From sequence record OR880646.1: a DNA stretch of 64,000 bases. One strand, given 5' to 3'. Below are positions 43,272 to 54,334 of this stretch, one piece after another. The notes beneath the pieces were generated by a model. The model had not been told where the DNA came from. It was given only the letters and a program-made list of their open reading frames with translations, and ran no database searches. Made by a program: the position numbers and the translations under genes. Position 1 is the stretch's first letter; each line of letters opens with the position of its first letter. The stretch comes from Escherichia phage ECP2301.

Positions 43272-43588
43272 AAGTCCTCAACTTGAAAATCGTCTTTAAA
43301 CAATCGGTTAACTATATGAGCTATTATATCACCATGACACGGCTTTGGTTTACATGTGCATCCTAGCCTCATTCCACGTAAAGGCTCTAAATGTGCTTTA
43401 GTTATTTCTCCGGATTTAATTCGACGTATAAAATCTTTTTTGAATAATTCAATGGCAGCCTCCCGGCTGCCAGCATCTTTACCGACGTAATTTCCCCAAA
43501 ATGTACCACGGTGAATATTAACATCAAAGTCGGATTTATATTTATTCACTACCTGGCATAGACGGCCCGCGCGGTAATAATTCTTCAT
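43262..43588 (-). CDS. DUF4326-like small protein
   Basis: 108 aa; TFWGNYVG and [15 protein letters not shown] motifs. Confidence 0.6.
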   Translation of the reverse strand: MKNYYRAGRLCQVVNKYKSDFDVNIHRGTFWGNYVGKDAGSREAAIELFKKDFIRRIKSGEITKAHLEPLRGMRLGCTCKPKPCHGDIIAHIVNRLFKDDFQVEDLCN

Positions 43589-43817
43589 ATTGTTGTTCCG
43601 TTAAAACAGTAATATCATAGTAGCAATCAGAAGAAGTTTTAACTGTGGAAATTTTATTATCAAAATACTCACGAGTCATTTTATGAGTATAATACTTTTT
43701 ACCATAAATGATAATAGGTTGTTCTGGTCCTGGAACTTCTAACTCGCTTGGATTAGGAAGTGTAAAAAGAACGACACCAGAAGTATCCTTAAATCGTAAA
43801 ATCATATATCCTCTCAA
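43542..43817 (-). CDS. hypothetical protein
   Basis: 91 aa ORF; start uncertain (overlaps previous ORF by 47 nt). Confidence 0.45.
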   Translation of the reverse strand: MRGYMILRFKDTSGVVLFTLPNPSELEVPGPEQPIIIYGKKYYTHKMTREYFDNKISTVKTSSDCYYDITVLTEQQYEELLPRGPSMPGSE

Positions 43818-43828
43818 TTAAATTAAAA

Positions 43829-44688
43829 TTACACCGCCATCTTTCCTTTAATTGGCGGGTGAGATACGTAGTTGTTAAGAACAAAATTATGTGGCTTTGC
43901 GAATTGACTCAACCAAAATACCTGTGATTCTGTGTCCCATTCATCAAATTCATCTGGAAATTTTAATTGTAATTCGCATAAATCCATAGGTTCACGACGC
44001 AAAAGTTCTTTACATTGTTCTACGTGATTCATATAGATATGAGTATTACCACCAGAAAATATCAAATCTCCTGGAATAAGATTACACATCTTAGCTACAA
44101 TATGAACTAACGTAGCATATGATGCAATATTAAATGGAAGACCGAGGAAAACATCTACCGAACGTTGATACCACTGCAAATCCAAATAGCCATTACGTAC
44201 GTTAAATTGATAGAACATATGACAAGGCGGTAATGCCATATATTTAAGTTCAGCTGGATTCCATGCAGAAACAATTTGACGTCTATCATTTGGCAATTTT
44301 TTAATACGATCAACAACTTCTATAATTTGGTCTACACCGCCAAAATCACGCCATTGTTTTCCATAAATTGGACCAAGTTCACCGCTATGGTATCCTAAAT
44401 CTTTTGCTTGATTTTCGTAATTTTCATCCCAGACTGTTTTGCCTTGAATTAATGAATCGTGTTGAATTAATCGCAAATCATTGACATTTGTGCTTCCCGA
44501 TAAAAACCATATTAGCTCAGCAATGCAAGCTTTCCAGGCGAGCTTCTTAGTCGTTACTGCAGGAAAACCTTTAGTTAAATCCCAGCGTAATTTAGTACCG
44601 AACAAAGCAATTGTTCCTGTGCCTGTTCGGTCATCGGTTTCATAACCGTTTTCCAGGATATCTTTAATTAAAAATTGGTATTGTTTCA

Positions 44689-44689
<1 letters not shown>
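43829..44689 (-). CDS. td: thymidylate synthase, uninterrupted
   Basis: 286 aa from ATG 44689 (ATGA overlap with upstream ORF stop); N-terminus MKQYQ...; catalytic region PPCHMFYQF; no intron. Confidence 0.93.
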
Positions 44690-45717
<1,028 letters not shown>

Positions 45718-45733
<16 letters not shown>

Positions 45734-46077
45734 TGAAAAGGGTCATGAGCATATCCGCTAGCGTCAATCATTTTAACTAAAGTTACCATTCCTCTGTTAA
45801 CTGCTTGTGCGATTTCATCAAAAACTTCGTCACTATCGTCGTAAAGGTCATTAAAAAGTTCTAATACGTTCTTCTGAACTTTTAATTTACGGCCGACAAT
45901 TTCGCCTACAGTAAATTCGTTTCCGCCAAATCCAGCGTAAAATGTAATTACACCCATTAACTGGCTTTCACGGGAATCTATGTCGTGTGATAAATTAATA
46001 AAAGCCGTCCCAGGCGCGGTTTTAAGTTGGCAACGAATTTTTACTTGGGTAATTCCAGTTATATGAATGTTAGACAT
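45718..46077 (-). CDS. hypothetical protein
   Basis: 119 aa ORF. Confidence 0.5.
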
Positions 46078-46087
46078 AATATTTTTC

Positions 46088-46330
46088 TCAAACAGACTTT
46101 TTCACAATTTTCCAATCAGCTTTAAACTGTTCAACATCAGAATGGTAAATCCAAAACCCTGCGCTTTCTCCATCCTCATAAAGAGGGCATCCATCGCATT
46201 CATCTTCCCATCCCATATCACGCAAAAGACGTTCAGCTTTTTCAACAAGTTCAGAATTTTTACCGATGATATTAAAATACCATTTACCTCTAACTTCTGA
46301 ATCTTTAATGCTCTGACGTTGTAATCTCAT
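46088..46330 (-). CDS. hypothetical protein
   Basis: 80 aa ORF with early promoter and AAGGAGAA SD. Confidence 0.55.
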   Translation of the reverse strand: MRLQRQSIKDSEVRGKWYFNIIGKNSELVEKAERLLRDMGWEDECDGCPLYEDGESAGFWIYHSDVEQFKADWKIVKKSV

Positions 46331-46355
46331 TTTATTCTCCTTAGTTGATAGGGTA

Positions 46356-46385
46356 ATAGTATCACACTACTACCCTTCTGTAAAC
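46356..46385 (-). promoter_or_regulatory. early promoter (GTTTAC, 18 nt, TACTAT)
   Basis: upstream of 80 aa ORF. Confidence 0.5.
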
Positions 46386-46765
46386 TACTTTTTAAAAGTT
46401 TTTCGCAAAAGTTCAATGATTTCATCTACATTGTTTTCGTCAACAATGCAGTGAATTTTTGTTACGCCAGAAACCTTGTCTTCAATTTCATCTTCTTCAG
46501 AAGTCGGTTCTTTATACTCGCGAAAACAATGAAATTCGTCTTCGCAAATTTCTGAAAGTCTATCACAAAGGTAAAAATGCTTTCCATTAGCGCATTCAAT
46601 GTGTTTTACCGCTTTAAATCCATTAGCAAAGAAAACTTCTTTAACTTCAAACCATCCGCCATTTTCTCGAATAATTTTAACTATTGACGCATTGGATCGT
46701 GGGCTATAATTAATAAATGTATCAATAAGTCTTGGAACAAGTTCATACTTTTTGCCAATATACAT
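46385..46765 (-). CDS. hypothetical Cys-rich protein
   Basis: 126 aa ORF, GAGGA SD. Confidence 0.5.
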   Translation of the reverse strand: MYIGKKYELVPRLIDTFINYSPRSNASIVKIIRENGGWFEVKEVFFANGFKAVKHIECANGKHFYLCDRLSEICEDEFHCFREYKEPTSEEDEIEDKVSGVTKIHCIVDENNVDEIIELLRKTFKK

Positions 46766-46809
46766 TATGTTTTCCTCATTTTAATAGGGGCTTTATAGCC
46801 CCTTGATAA

Positions 46810-47037
46810 TTATTGTTCAATCAGTCCCATGTAAAATTCTGCGTCTTCAGAATCCATACCATCACAATATTCATTAGCCATAAAACGAGTGAGGTCTTCA
46901 AGAGGACCTTCAATAACGATTTGAATACTCCAAAACTTAGAATCTTGTACGCTTGTGATACTAAGTTCAGGATAACGATTACGAATAATTTCTTCAATAT
47001 ATTCAAAATCAACGATGTCAATATCAACTTTAGCCAT
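46810..47037 (-). CDS. hypothetical acidic protein
   Basis: 75 aa from ATG 47037 (GAGGA SD 7 nt upstream); ORF-track start 47073 is TTG; early promoter upstream. Confidence 0.5.
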   Translation of the reverse strand: MAKVDIDIVDFEYIEEIIRNRYPELSITSVQDSKFWSIQIVIEGPLEDLTRFMANEYCDGMDSEDAEFYMGLIEQ

Positions 47038-47080
47038 ATTATTTTCCTCTTTAATCATCAGCAGTATTGCCAATAGTTGT

Positions 47081-47110
47081 ATAGTACCACAGTCCTTGTG
47101 GTATGTAAAC
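47081..47110 (-). promoter_or_regulatory. early promoter (GTTTAC, 18 nt, TGgTACTAT)
   Basis: downstream of gene 32 terminator, upstream of 75 aa ORF. Confidence 0.5.
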
Positions 47111-47130
47111 TGTTTTGTGAAAAAATTTTT

Positions 47131-47160
47131 GAAATAAAAAAGGGGACCTCTAGGGTCCCC
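47131..47160 (-). terminator. rho-independent terminator downstream of gene 32
   Basis: GGGGACC stem with 5 nt loop, followed on - strand by TTTTTTATTTC. Confidence 0.8.
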
Positions 47161-47182
47161 AATTAATTAGTAATATAATCTA

Positions 47183-48091
47183 TTAAAGGTCATTCAAAAG
47201 GTCATCCAGGTCCGTGTCATCAGCACTAGATGAACTGCCAGAGCTTGAGCTCATAAAATCATCTTCAGTTTTTGTATTGAAGTCATCAACATTGAATGCA
47301 TCCAAATCATCAGCAACTTTATCAGCTTTCTTAGCGGCAGTCGCTGCGGCACCACCCATAGCAGCAGTTCCCATAACTTGACTGAACTTAGTGCTCAGTT
47401 CTTCAAACGATTTGAATTTATCTTTAGAAGTCATTTCAGAAAGGTCAACCATTTGTTCGAACAGTTCTTTCTGGAAAGATTCATCATCAATGTTTGGAAT
47501 CGCAGATTGATTCAGGAATTTAGATTCGTCGTAGTTACTAAAACCAGAAACTTGTTTAACTTTCAGTACAAAGTTAGCACCTTCCCACGGACAAGTTACA
47601 TCAACTGGAGTTTCACCCATTTCAACATCAACTGCAATCATTGCATTGATTTTATCCCAGATTTTCTTACCGAAGCGGTATTTAAATACTTTACCTTCAT
47701 TTTCTGGAGCAGCTGGGTCTTTTACTACAAGAATGTTAGCCCAGTAAGAAGTTTTACGTTTAACAAGACCGTACTCTTTATTGTCAGTATTGTACAAATC
47801 ATTTTTACTGATGTACTGACATACTGGACAAGAATCGTAATCACCGTGGGTAGATGAACAGTTTTCAATATACCATTTACCATTTTTCTTGAAACCGTGA
47901 TTTACAAGAATTGCGAATGGTGCTTGTTCATCATTTTTAGACGGAAGAAAACGAATTACTGCTTGACCGTTACCCGCATTATCGAGTTTCAGTTTCCACT
48001 CGCCTTTATCTTCAGAAGAAAAACCACCTTTATTTCCAGCCAGTTTAGCCATTTGTGCAGCGAGTTCAGCAGTAGATTTACGTTTAAACAT
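47183..48091 (-). CDS. 32: single-stranded DNA-binding protein
   Basis: 302 aa; N-terminus [17 protein letters not shown]; acidic Ser/Asp-rich C-terminus; autoregulatory pseudoknot in leader. Confidence 0.95.
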   Translation of the reverse strand: MFKRKSTAELAAQMAKLAGNKGGFSSEDKGEWKLKLDNAGNGQAVIRFLPSKNDEQAPFAILVNHGFKKNGKWYIENCSSTHGDYDSCPVCQYISKNDLYNTDNKEYGLVKRKTSYWANILVVKDPAAPENEGKVFKYRFGKKIWDKINAMIAVDVEMGETPVDVTCPWEGANFVLKVKQVSGFSNYDESKFLNQSAIPNIDDESFQKELFEQMVDLSEMTSKDKFKSFEELSTKFSQVMGTAAMGGAAATAAKKADKVADDLDAFNVDDFNTKTEDDFMSSSSGSSSSADDTDLDDLLNDL

Positions 48092-48157
48092 TTTTATTTC
48101 CTTTTTAATTTAATTAACAGTTGGTGCTATGACGATGTATGACCTCATAGCTGGTCA
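48092..48157 (-). promoter_or_regulatory. gene 32 translational operator: H-type pseudoknot plus A/U-rich gp32-binding tract
   Basis: mRNA sense TGACCAGCTATGAGGTCATACATCGTCATAGCAC (48125-48157) gives two interleaved stems GACC/GGTC and GCTATGA/TCATAGC; A/U-rich tract with TTAAA repeats follows to the ATG. Confidence 0.8.
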
Positions 48158-48174
48158 GTGAGATAATTATAATA

Positions 48175-48182
48175 TATTTATA
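48175..48182 (-). promoter_or_regulatory. late promoter TATAAATA for gene 32
   Basis: reverse-complement TATAAATA upstream of gene 32 leader. Confidence 0.6.
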
Positions 48183-48190
48183 ATAAGCAA

Positions 48191-48844
48191 TTAATACTTG
48201 CAAGATTTCACAGTTTCAATAAAAACACTTTTAGCTTTCTGCGAATCAATATTTAAAATTTTTCTATAAGCCTTTAACTTTATAGAATAATTATTCCAGA
48301 CTAAATTATCAGTCTGTTCATCATGTTTATCGATTATATTTAAAAACGAATCAAGCAAGATAAACGTCTCAAACGAAATTATATTCGATTGAAGTAGTTT
48401 AAAAATATAACTTGATTGAACTTTTGGATTATACTCAAAGATTTCTTTAAAAGCAGAAACTTCAACTTTTTTACTAAAATAATAAATGTTGCGAATATCT
48501 TCTTCAAACTTAAATTTAATTTGCTTTAAGCGTCCGATATATTCACGATAAAACACAAGTGCATCAGCGTCAGAGATGTCACCAATCCAAGCATCTTGGT
48601 TAGCAACAAGATTGCTTATAAAGATTAAAGCAAGTTCCTTTAATTTATATTTTTCTGATAACTTCTGGAAAAAATACTTATCCCTTCGCTTTTGATAAGC
48701 GGCATCAGACACCCGCATGCACCAATTATACTTAATTACATCATACTTTCCATTCATATGTTGTTTTATCATTAAGTATAATTTATAAACTGATTTACCA
48801 TCAATATATCTTTCACCACCAGCAGGCATGCGGAGTTTAATCAT
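48191..48844 (-). CDS. 59: helicase loader
   Basis: 217 aa ORF directly upstream of gene 32. Confidence 0.9.
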   Translation of the reverse strand: MIKLRMPAGGERYIDGKSVYKLYLMIKQHMNGKYDVIKYNWCMRVSDAAYQKRRDKYFFQKLSEKYKLKELALIFISNLVANQDAWIGDISDADALVFYREYIGRLKQIKFKFEEDIRNIYYFSKKVEVSAFKEIFEYNPKVQSSYIFKLLQSNIISFETFILLDSFLNIIDKHDEQTDNLVWNNYSIKLKAYRKILNIDSQKAKSVFIETVKSCKY

Positions 48845-49179
48845 AATAGAAAATCTAATGTATTAGTTTTTTCACAACGAACAACAGAAGGACGTAAAAG
48901 ATTTTCGTCAATAGCTTCTGACTGAATTTTTTCAATTATACCCGAAGGAATAAATTTAGCAAATTGAGTTTCAGGAATAGAATTTTCTTCTAAGAACGCT
49001 GTTGTAGCTTCAAGATAACTCATTCCAAACTCTTCTACCATTTTTTCAATAATAAATCCATTTTCTTGGCGGTCAAGAAGCTTTGCTATTTCATCCTTTT
49101 CTTTCTTAATTGAAAGTTCTTTTTCTGAAAGACCGGTCTCATCGACCGGACGAATATCATTTAGAGAAAACTGTGTCAT
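48841..49179 (-). CDS. 33: late promoter transcription accessory protein
   Basis: 112 aa from internal ATG (MTQFSL...); position between dsbA and 59. Confidence 0.75.
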   Translation of the reverse strand: MTQFSLNDIRPVDETGLSEKELSIKKEKDEIAKLLDRQENGFIIEKMVEEFGMSYLEATTAFLEENSIPETQFAKFIPSGIIEKIQSEAIDENLLRPSVVRCEKTNTLDFLL

Positions 49180-49426
49180 AAAGTTCAACTACCTCTTCAG
49201 TTTCAGCTTCAAACACATCACGGTTATCTTTATGATACAAAGCTAACAGACGATTAAACATCTTACCATCAACGCCAAGTTCATCTTTGGCACGAATTCG
49301 AATATCTTTAATCAATTCATTATAACCAGAAATTTTCAGTTTATGATCAGATGCTTCTTTAATAAATTTAGCCAAGTCTTCGCCATGGATAGCTTCATCA
49401 AATTCAACCATTTCTTTTTTAGCCAT
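49157..49426 (-). CDS. dsbA: dsDNA-binding protein
   Basis: 89 aa, N-terminus MAKKEMVEFDEAIHG. Confidence 0.8.
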   Translation of the reverse strand: MAKKEMVEFDEAIHGEDLAKFIKEASDHKLKISGYNELIKDIRIRAKDELGVDGKMFNRLLALYHKDNRDVFEAETEEVVELYDTVFSK

Positions 49427-49434
49427 TATTCACC

Positions 49435-50352
49435 TCAAAATTCATTAATGCTATTAGTTAATTTAGAAAGACCCGCTTTTACAAAATATGAATAAATTTT
49501 GCCACGCGGTGGTAATTTATATGAATTATAGTAATTCACAATGTTTGAAGCAATATTATCAGGAATATAATCAAAATCAATTAGAACTAAATTTTCTTTA
49601 TAACGATTATATTCAGATTCTGTGAGAAGCACCTTAGCTTGCTCGCGGTCATTAGCAATAGCTTCAACAATAGAGGTTTTCATTGAAGGAGTTCGTTCAC
49701 CTTCAACTCTGGTAAACCAAAAGTCAGATCGTACTTTAACTGAAGCAACGTTATCCTTTTTGTCGCCTTTAAGGATTTTAGTCATACAGTCAATTTCAGC
49801 AGAACCGCTTTTAATTTTAACCCATTTCTTGTGCATCGGTGACCATTGCTTAACATTTGGGTATTTATGGAGTTGAGTAAAGTCACCATCAGATGAAATG
49901 ATTAAAATCTTGTGTCCTTCTAAAGAGAACTTTTTAACAAGAACAGCAATATGGTCATCCGCTTCATACTTATCAATATCCATAACAATGTATGGCATAT
50001 AAGCTTTCAATTCATCTATAACTTTATGACTGGATTCAAAATAACCTTCCCAGTCCCAAGTAGATTCTTCTCGTGCTTTTCCACGGTTTTTCTTATAATA
50101 ATAAGCGAAATCGCGACGCCAATATCCAGATTTCGCGTTATCAATACACAATACAATTTTAGTGTATCCAAGAGTTTTTGCTTTTTTGACATTAAACTTA
50201 ATTGAGTTCAGTATCAAATGACGAACCATTGATAAATTAATTTTTTCTTTATCTGGGAAGTTTACCAAAGCAGTTGAAAGCGCAATTTGACTAAAGTCAA
50301 TTAAGCAGATTCCTTCTTTGTAATCTTCATCCAGCATCATTTCTAAATCCAT
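49435..50352 (-). CDS. rnh: RNase H (5'-3' exonuclease / flap endonuclease)
   Basis: 305 aa from ATG 50352 (GAGG SD); ORF-track start 50367 is TTG. Confidence 0.9.
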   Translation of the reverse strand: MDLEMMLDEDYKEGICLIDFSQIALSTALVNFPDKEKINLSMVRHLILNSIKFNVKKAKTLGYTKIVLCIDNAKSGYWRRDFAYYYKKNRGKAREESTWDWEGYFESSHKVIDELKAYMPYIVMDIDKYEADDHIAVLVKKFSLEGHKILIISSDGDFTQLHKYPNVKQWSPMHKKWVKIKSGSAEIDCMTKILKGDKKDNVASVKVRSDFWFTRVEGERTPSMKTSIVEAIANDREQAKVLLTESEYNRYKENLVLIDFDYIPDNIASNIVNYYNSYKLPPRGKIYSYFVKAGLSKLTNSINEF

Positions 50353-50381
50353 ATGAACCTCGTTCAATTAGTGAGATTTCT

Positions 50382-50411
50382 ATTATATACCATCCGAATC
50401 TTAAAGTAAAC
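50382..50411 (-). promoter_or_regulatory. early promoter (GTTTAC, 18 nt, TATAAT) for rnh
   Basis: in the divergent rnh / gene 34 intergenic region. Confidence 0.55.
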
Positions 50412-50414
50412 AAG

Positions 50415-50422
50415 TATAAATA
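50415..50422 (+). promoter_or_regulatory. late promoter TATAAATA for gene 34
   Basis: exact TATAAATA 35 nt upstream of gene 34 ATG. Confidence 0.75.
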
Positions 50423-50456
50423 CTTATTATTGAAAACACAATAGGAGCCCGGGAGA

Positions 50457-53400
50457 ATGGCCGAGATTAAAAGAAAGTTCAGAGCAGAAGATGGTCTGGA
50501 CGCAGGTGGCGATAAAATAATCAACGTAGCTTTAGCTGATCGTGCCGTAGGAACTGACGGTGTTAACGTTGATTACCTAATTCAAGAAAACACAGTTCAA
50601 CAATACGATCCAACTCGTGGATATTTAAAAGATTTTGTAATCATTTATGATAACCGCTTTTGGGCTGCTATAAATGATATTCCAAAACCGGCAGGAGCTT
50701 TTAATAGCGGACGCTGGAGAGCATTACGTACCGATGCTAACTGGATTACAGTCTCATCTGGTTCATATCAATTAAAATCTGGTGAAGCTATTTCGGTTAA
50801 CACTGCAGCTGGTAATGATATTACATTTACTTTACCATCTACTCCAATTGACGGTGATACTATCGTTCTCCAAGACATTGGAGGAAAACCTGGAGTTAAC
50901 CAAGTTTTAATTGTAGCTCCAGTGCAAAGTATTGTAAACTTCAGAGGCGAGCAAGTACGTTCAGTACTAATGACTCATCCAAAGTCACAGTTAGTTTTAA
51001 TTTTTAGTAATCGTCTGTGGCAAATGTATGTAGCTGATTATAGTAGAGAAGCTGTAGTTGTAACACCAGCGAATACTTATCAAGCACAATCCAACGACTT
51101 TATCGTACGTAGATTTACTTCTGCTGCACCGATAAATATTAAACTTCCGAGATTTGCTAATCACGGCGATATTATTAATTTCGTCGATTTGGATAAATTA
51201 AACCCTCTTTATCATACAATTGTTACGACATATGATGAAACGACATCAGTACAAGAAGATGGAACTCATTCCATTGAAGGCCGTACATCTATTGACGGTT
51301 TCTTGATGTTTGATGATAATGAGAAATTATGGAGATTGTTTGACGGGGACAGTAAAGCACGTTTACGCATCATAACGACTAATTCAAATATTCGTCCAAA
51401 CGAAGAAGTTATGGTATTTGGTGCGAATAATGGAACAACTCAAACGATTGAGCTTCAGCTTCCAACTAATATTTCTGTTGGTGATACTGTTAAAATTTCC
51501 ATGAATTACATGAGAAAAGGACAAACAGTTAAAATCAAAGCTGCCGGTGAAGATAAAATTGCTTCTTCAGTTCAATTGCTGCAATTCCCAAAACGTTCAG
51601 AATATCCACCTGAAGCTGAATGGGTGACTGTCCAAGAATTAGTTTTTAACGGTGAAACTAATTATGTTCCAGTTTTACAACTTGCTTATATAGAAGATTC
51701 TGATGGAAAATACTGGGTTGTACAACAAAACGTTCCAACTGTAGAAAGAGTTGATTCTTTAAATGATTCTACTAGAGCAAGATTAGGCGTGATTGCTTTA
51801 GCTACACAAGCGCAAGCTAATGTCGATTTAGAAAATTCTCCACAAAAAGAATTAGCAATTACTCCAGAAACATTAGCTAACCGTACTGCTACAGAAACTC
51901 GTAGAGGTATCGCAAGAATAGCAACTACTGCTCAAGTGAATCAGAACACCACATTCTCTTTTGCTGATGATATTATCATCACTCCTAAAAAGCTGAATGA
52001 AAGAACTGCTACAGAAACTCGTAGAGGTGTTGCTGAAATTGCTACGCAACAGGAAACTAATGCAGGTACTGATGATACTACAATCATCACTCCTAAAAAG
52101 CTTCAAGCTCGTCAGGGTTCTGAATCATTATCTGGTATTGTAACCTTTGTATCTACCGCAGGAGCTACTCCAGCTTCTAGTCGTGAATTAAATGGTACAA
52201 ACGTTTATAATAAAAACACTAATAATTTAGTTGTTTCGCCTAAAGCTCTGGATCAGTATAAAGCTACTCCAACGCAACAAGGCGCAGTAATTTTAGCAGT
52301 TGAAAGTGAAGTAATTGCTGGACAGAGTCAAGAAGGATGGGCAAATGCGGTTGTAACGCCAGAAACGTTACATAAAAAGACATCAACTGATGGAAGAATT
52401 GGTTTAATTGAAATTGCTACGCAAAGTGAAGTTAATACAGGAACTGATTATACTCGTGCAGTCACTCCTAAAACTTTAAATGACCGTAAAGCAACTGAAA
52501 GTTTAAGTGGTATAGCTGAAATTGCTACGCAAGTTGAATTCGACGCAGGCGTCGACGATACTCGTATCTCTACACCATTAAAAATTAAAACTAGATTTAA
52601 TAGTACTGATCGTACTTCTGTTGTTGCTCTATCTGGATTAGTTGAATCAGGAACTCTCTGGGACCATTATACCCTTAATATTCTTGAAGCAAATGAGACA
52701 CAGCGTGGTACACTTCGTGTGGCTACACAAGTTGAAGCTGCTGCAGGAACATTAGATAATGTTTTAATAACTCCTAAAAAGCTTTTAGGTACTAAATCTA
52801 CCGAATCGCAAGAAGGTGTTATTAAAGTTGCAACGCAGTCTGAAACTGTGGCTGGAACGTCAGCAAATACTGCTGTATCTCCAAAAAATTTAAAATGGAT
52901 TGTGCAGAGTGAACCTACTTGGGCAGCTACTACTGCGATAAGAGGCTTTGTTAAAACTTCATCTGGTTCAATTACATTCGTTGGTAATGATACAGCTGGT
53001 TCTACGCAGGACTTAGAGCTATACGAGAAAAATAGCTATGCAGTATCGCCATATGAATTAAACCGTGTATTAGCAAATTATTTGCCATTAAAAGCAAAAG
53101 CTGCTGATACAAATTTATTGGATGGTCTAGATTCATCTCAATTCATTCGTAGGGATATTGCACAGACGGTTAATGGTTCACTAACCTTAACCCAACAAAC
53201 GAATCTGAGTGCCCCTCTTGTATCATCTAGTACTGCTACGTTTGGCGGATCAGTTTCGGCAAACAGCACATTAACTATTTCTAATACTGGAACGGCAACT
53301 CGTCTGATTTTTGAGAAAGGACCTCAAACTGGAACTAACCCAGTACAGACGATGACTATCAGAGTTTGGGGAAATCAGTTTGGTGGCGGTTCAGATACAA

Positions 53401-54326
53401 CACGTTCTACTGTATTTGAAGTTGGTGATGAAACGTCTAATCACTTTTATTCTCAACGCAATAAAGCTGGGAATATAACGTTTAGTATCAATGGTACTGT
53501 AATGCCAATAAATGTTAATGCTTCGGGTTCTTTGAATGCGAACGGCGTTGCAACATTTGGTAGTTCAGTTACAGCCAATGGCGAATTCATCAGCAAGTCT
53601 GCAAATGCTTTCAGAGCAATAAACGGTGATTATGGATTCTTTATTCGTAATGATGCTGCTAACACCTATTTTATGCTTACTGCATCGGGTGATCAGACTG
53701 GTGGATTTAATGGATTACGTCCTTTAGCTATTAATAATGCATCTGGTCAAGTAACGATTGGTGAAAGCTTAATCATTGCCAAAGGTGCTACTATAAATTC
53801 AGGTGGTTTAACTGTTAACTCGAGAATTCGTTCTCAGGGCACTAAAACATCTGACTTATATACCCGTGCGCCAACATCTGATACTGTAGGATTCTGGTCA
53901 ATCGATATTAATGATTCAGCTACTTATAACCAGTTCCCAGGTTATTTTAAAATGGTTGAAAAAACTAATGAAGTGACTGGACTTCCGTACTTAGAACGTG
54001 GCGAAGAAGTTAAATCTCCTGGCACATTGACTCAGTTTGGTAACACACTTGATTCGCTTTACCAAGATTGGATTACTTATCCAACGACTCCAGAAGCACG
54101 TACCACTCGCTGGACACGTACCTGGCAGAAAACCAAAAACTCTTGGTCAAGTTTTGTTCAGGTATTTGATGGAGGTAACCCTCCTCAACCATCTGATATC
54201 GGTGCTTTACCATCTGATAATGCTACAATGGGGAATCTTACTATTCGTGATTTCTTACGAATTGGTAATGTTCGCATTATTCCTGACCCAGTGAATAAAA
54301 CGGTTAAATTTGAATGGGTTGAATAA
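50457..54326 (+). CDS. 34: long tail fibre proximal subunit
   Basis: 1289 aa; late promoter 50415-50422. Confidence 0.95.
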   Translation: MAEIKRKFRAEDGLDAGGDKIINVALADRAVGTDGVNVDYLIQENTVQQYDPTRGYLKDFVIIYDNRFWAAINDIPKPAGAFNSGRWRALRTDANWITVSSGSYQLKSGEAISVNTAAGNDITFTLPSTPIDGDTIVLQDIGGKPGVNQVLIVAPVQSIVNFRGEQVRSVLMTHPKSQLVLIFSNRLWQMYVADYSREAVVVTPANTYQAQSNDFIVRRFTSAAPINIKLPRFANHGDIINFVDLDKLNPLYHTIVTTYDETTSVQEDGTHSIEGRTSIDGFLMFDDNEKLWRLFDGDSKARLRIITTNSNIRPNEEVMVFGANNGTTQTIELQLPTNISVGDTVKISMNYMRKGQTVKIKAAGEDKIASSVQLLQFPKRSEYPPEAEWVTVQELVFNGETNYVPVLQLAYIEDSDGKYWVVQQNVPTVERVDSLNDSTRARLGVIALATQAQANVDLENSPQKELAITPETLANRTATETRRGIARIATTAQVNQNTTFSFADDIIITPKKLNERTATETRRGVAEIATQQETNAGTDDTTIITPKKLQARQGSESLSGIVTFVSTAGATPASSRELNGTNVYNKNTNNLVVSPKALDQYKATPTQQGAVILAVESEVIAGQSQEGWANAVVTPETLHKKTSTDGRIGLIEIATQSEVNTGTDYTRAVTPKTLNDRKATESLSGIAEIATQVEFDAGVDDTRISTPLKIKTRFNSTDRTSVVALSGLVESGTLWDHYTLNILEANETQRGTLRVATQVEAAAGTLDNVLITPKKLLGTKSTESQEGVIKVATQSETVAGTSANTAVSPKNLKWIVQSEPTWAATTAIRGFVKTSSGSITFVGNDTAGSTQDLELYEKNSYAVSPYELNRVLANYLPLKAKAADTNLLDGLDSSQFIRRDIAQTVNGSLTLTQQTNLSAPLVSSSTATFGGSVSANSTLTISNTGTATRLIFEKGPQTGTNPVQTMTIRVWGNQFGGGSDTTRSTVFEVGDETSNHFYSQRNKAGNITFSINGTVMPINVNASGSLNANGVATFGSSVTANGEFISKSANAFRAINGDYGFFIRNDAANTYFMLTASGDQTGGFNGLRPLAINNASGQVTIGESLIIAKGATINSGGLTVNSRIRSQGTKTSDLYTRAPTSDTVGFWSIDINDSATYNQFPGYFKMVEKTNEVTGLPYLERGEEVKSPGTLTQFGNTLDSLYQDWITYPTTPEARTTRWTRTWQKTKNSWSSFVQVFDGGNPPQPSDIGALPSDNATMGNLTIRDFLRIGNVRIIPDPVNKTVKFEWVE

Positions 54327-54334
54327 GAGGTATT

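Noticed and set aside
50368-50456. Second T4-type replication origin (ori34) in the rnh / gene 34 intergenic region
   Set aside because: I am not certain of the exact location of that origin; only an early and a late promoter can be supported from the sequence.
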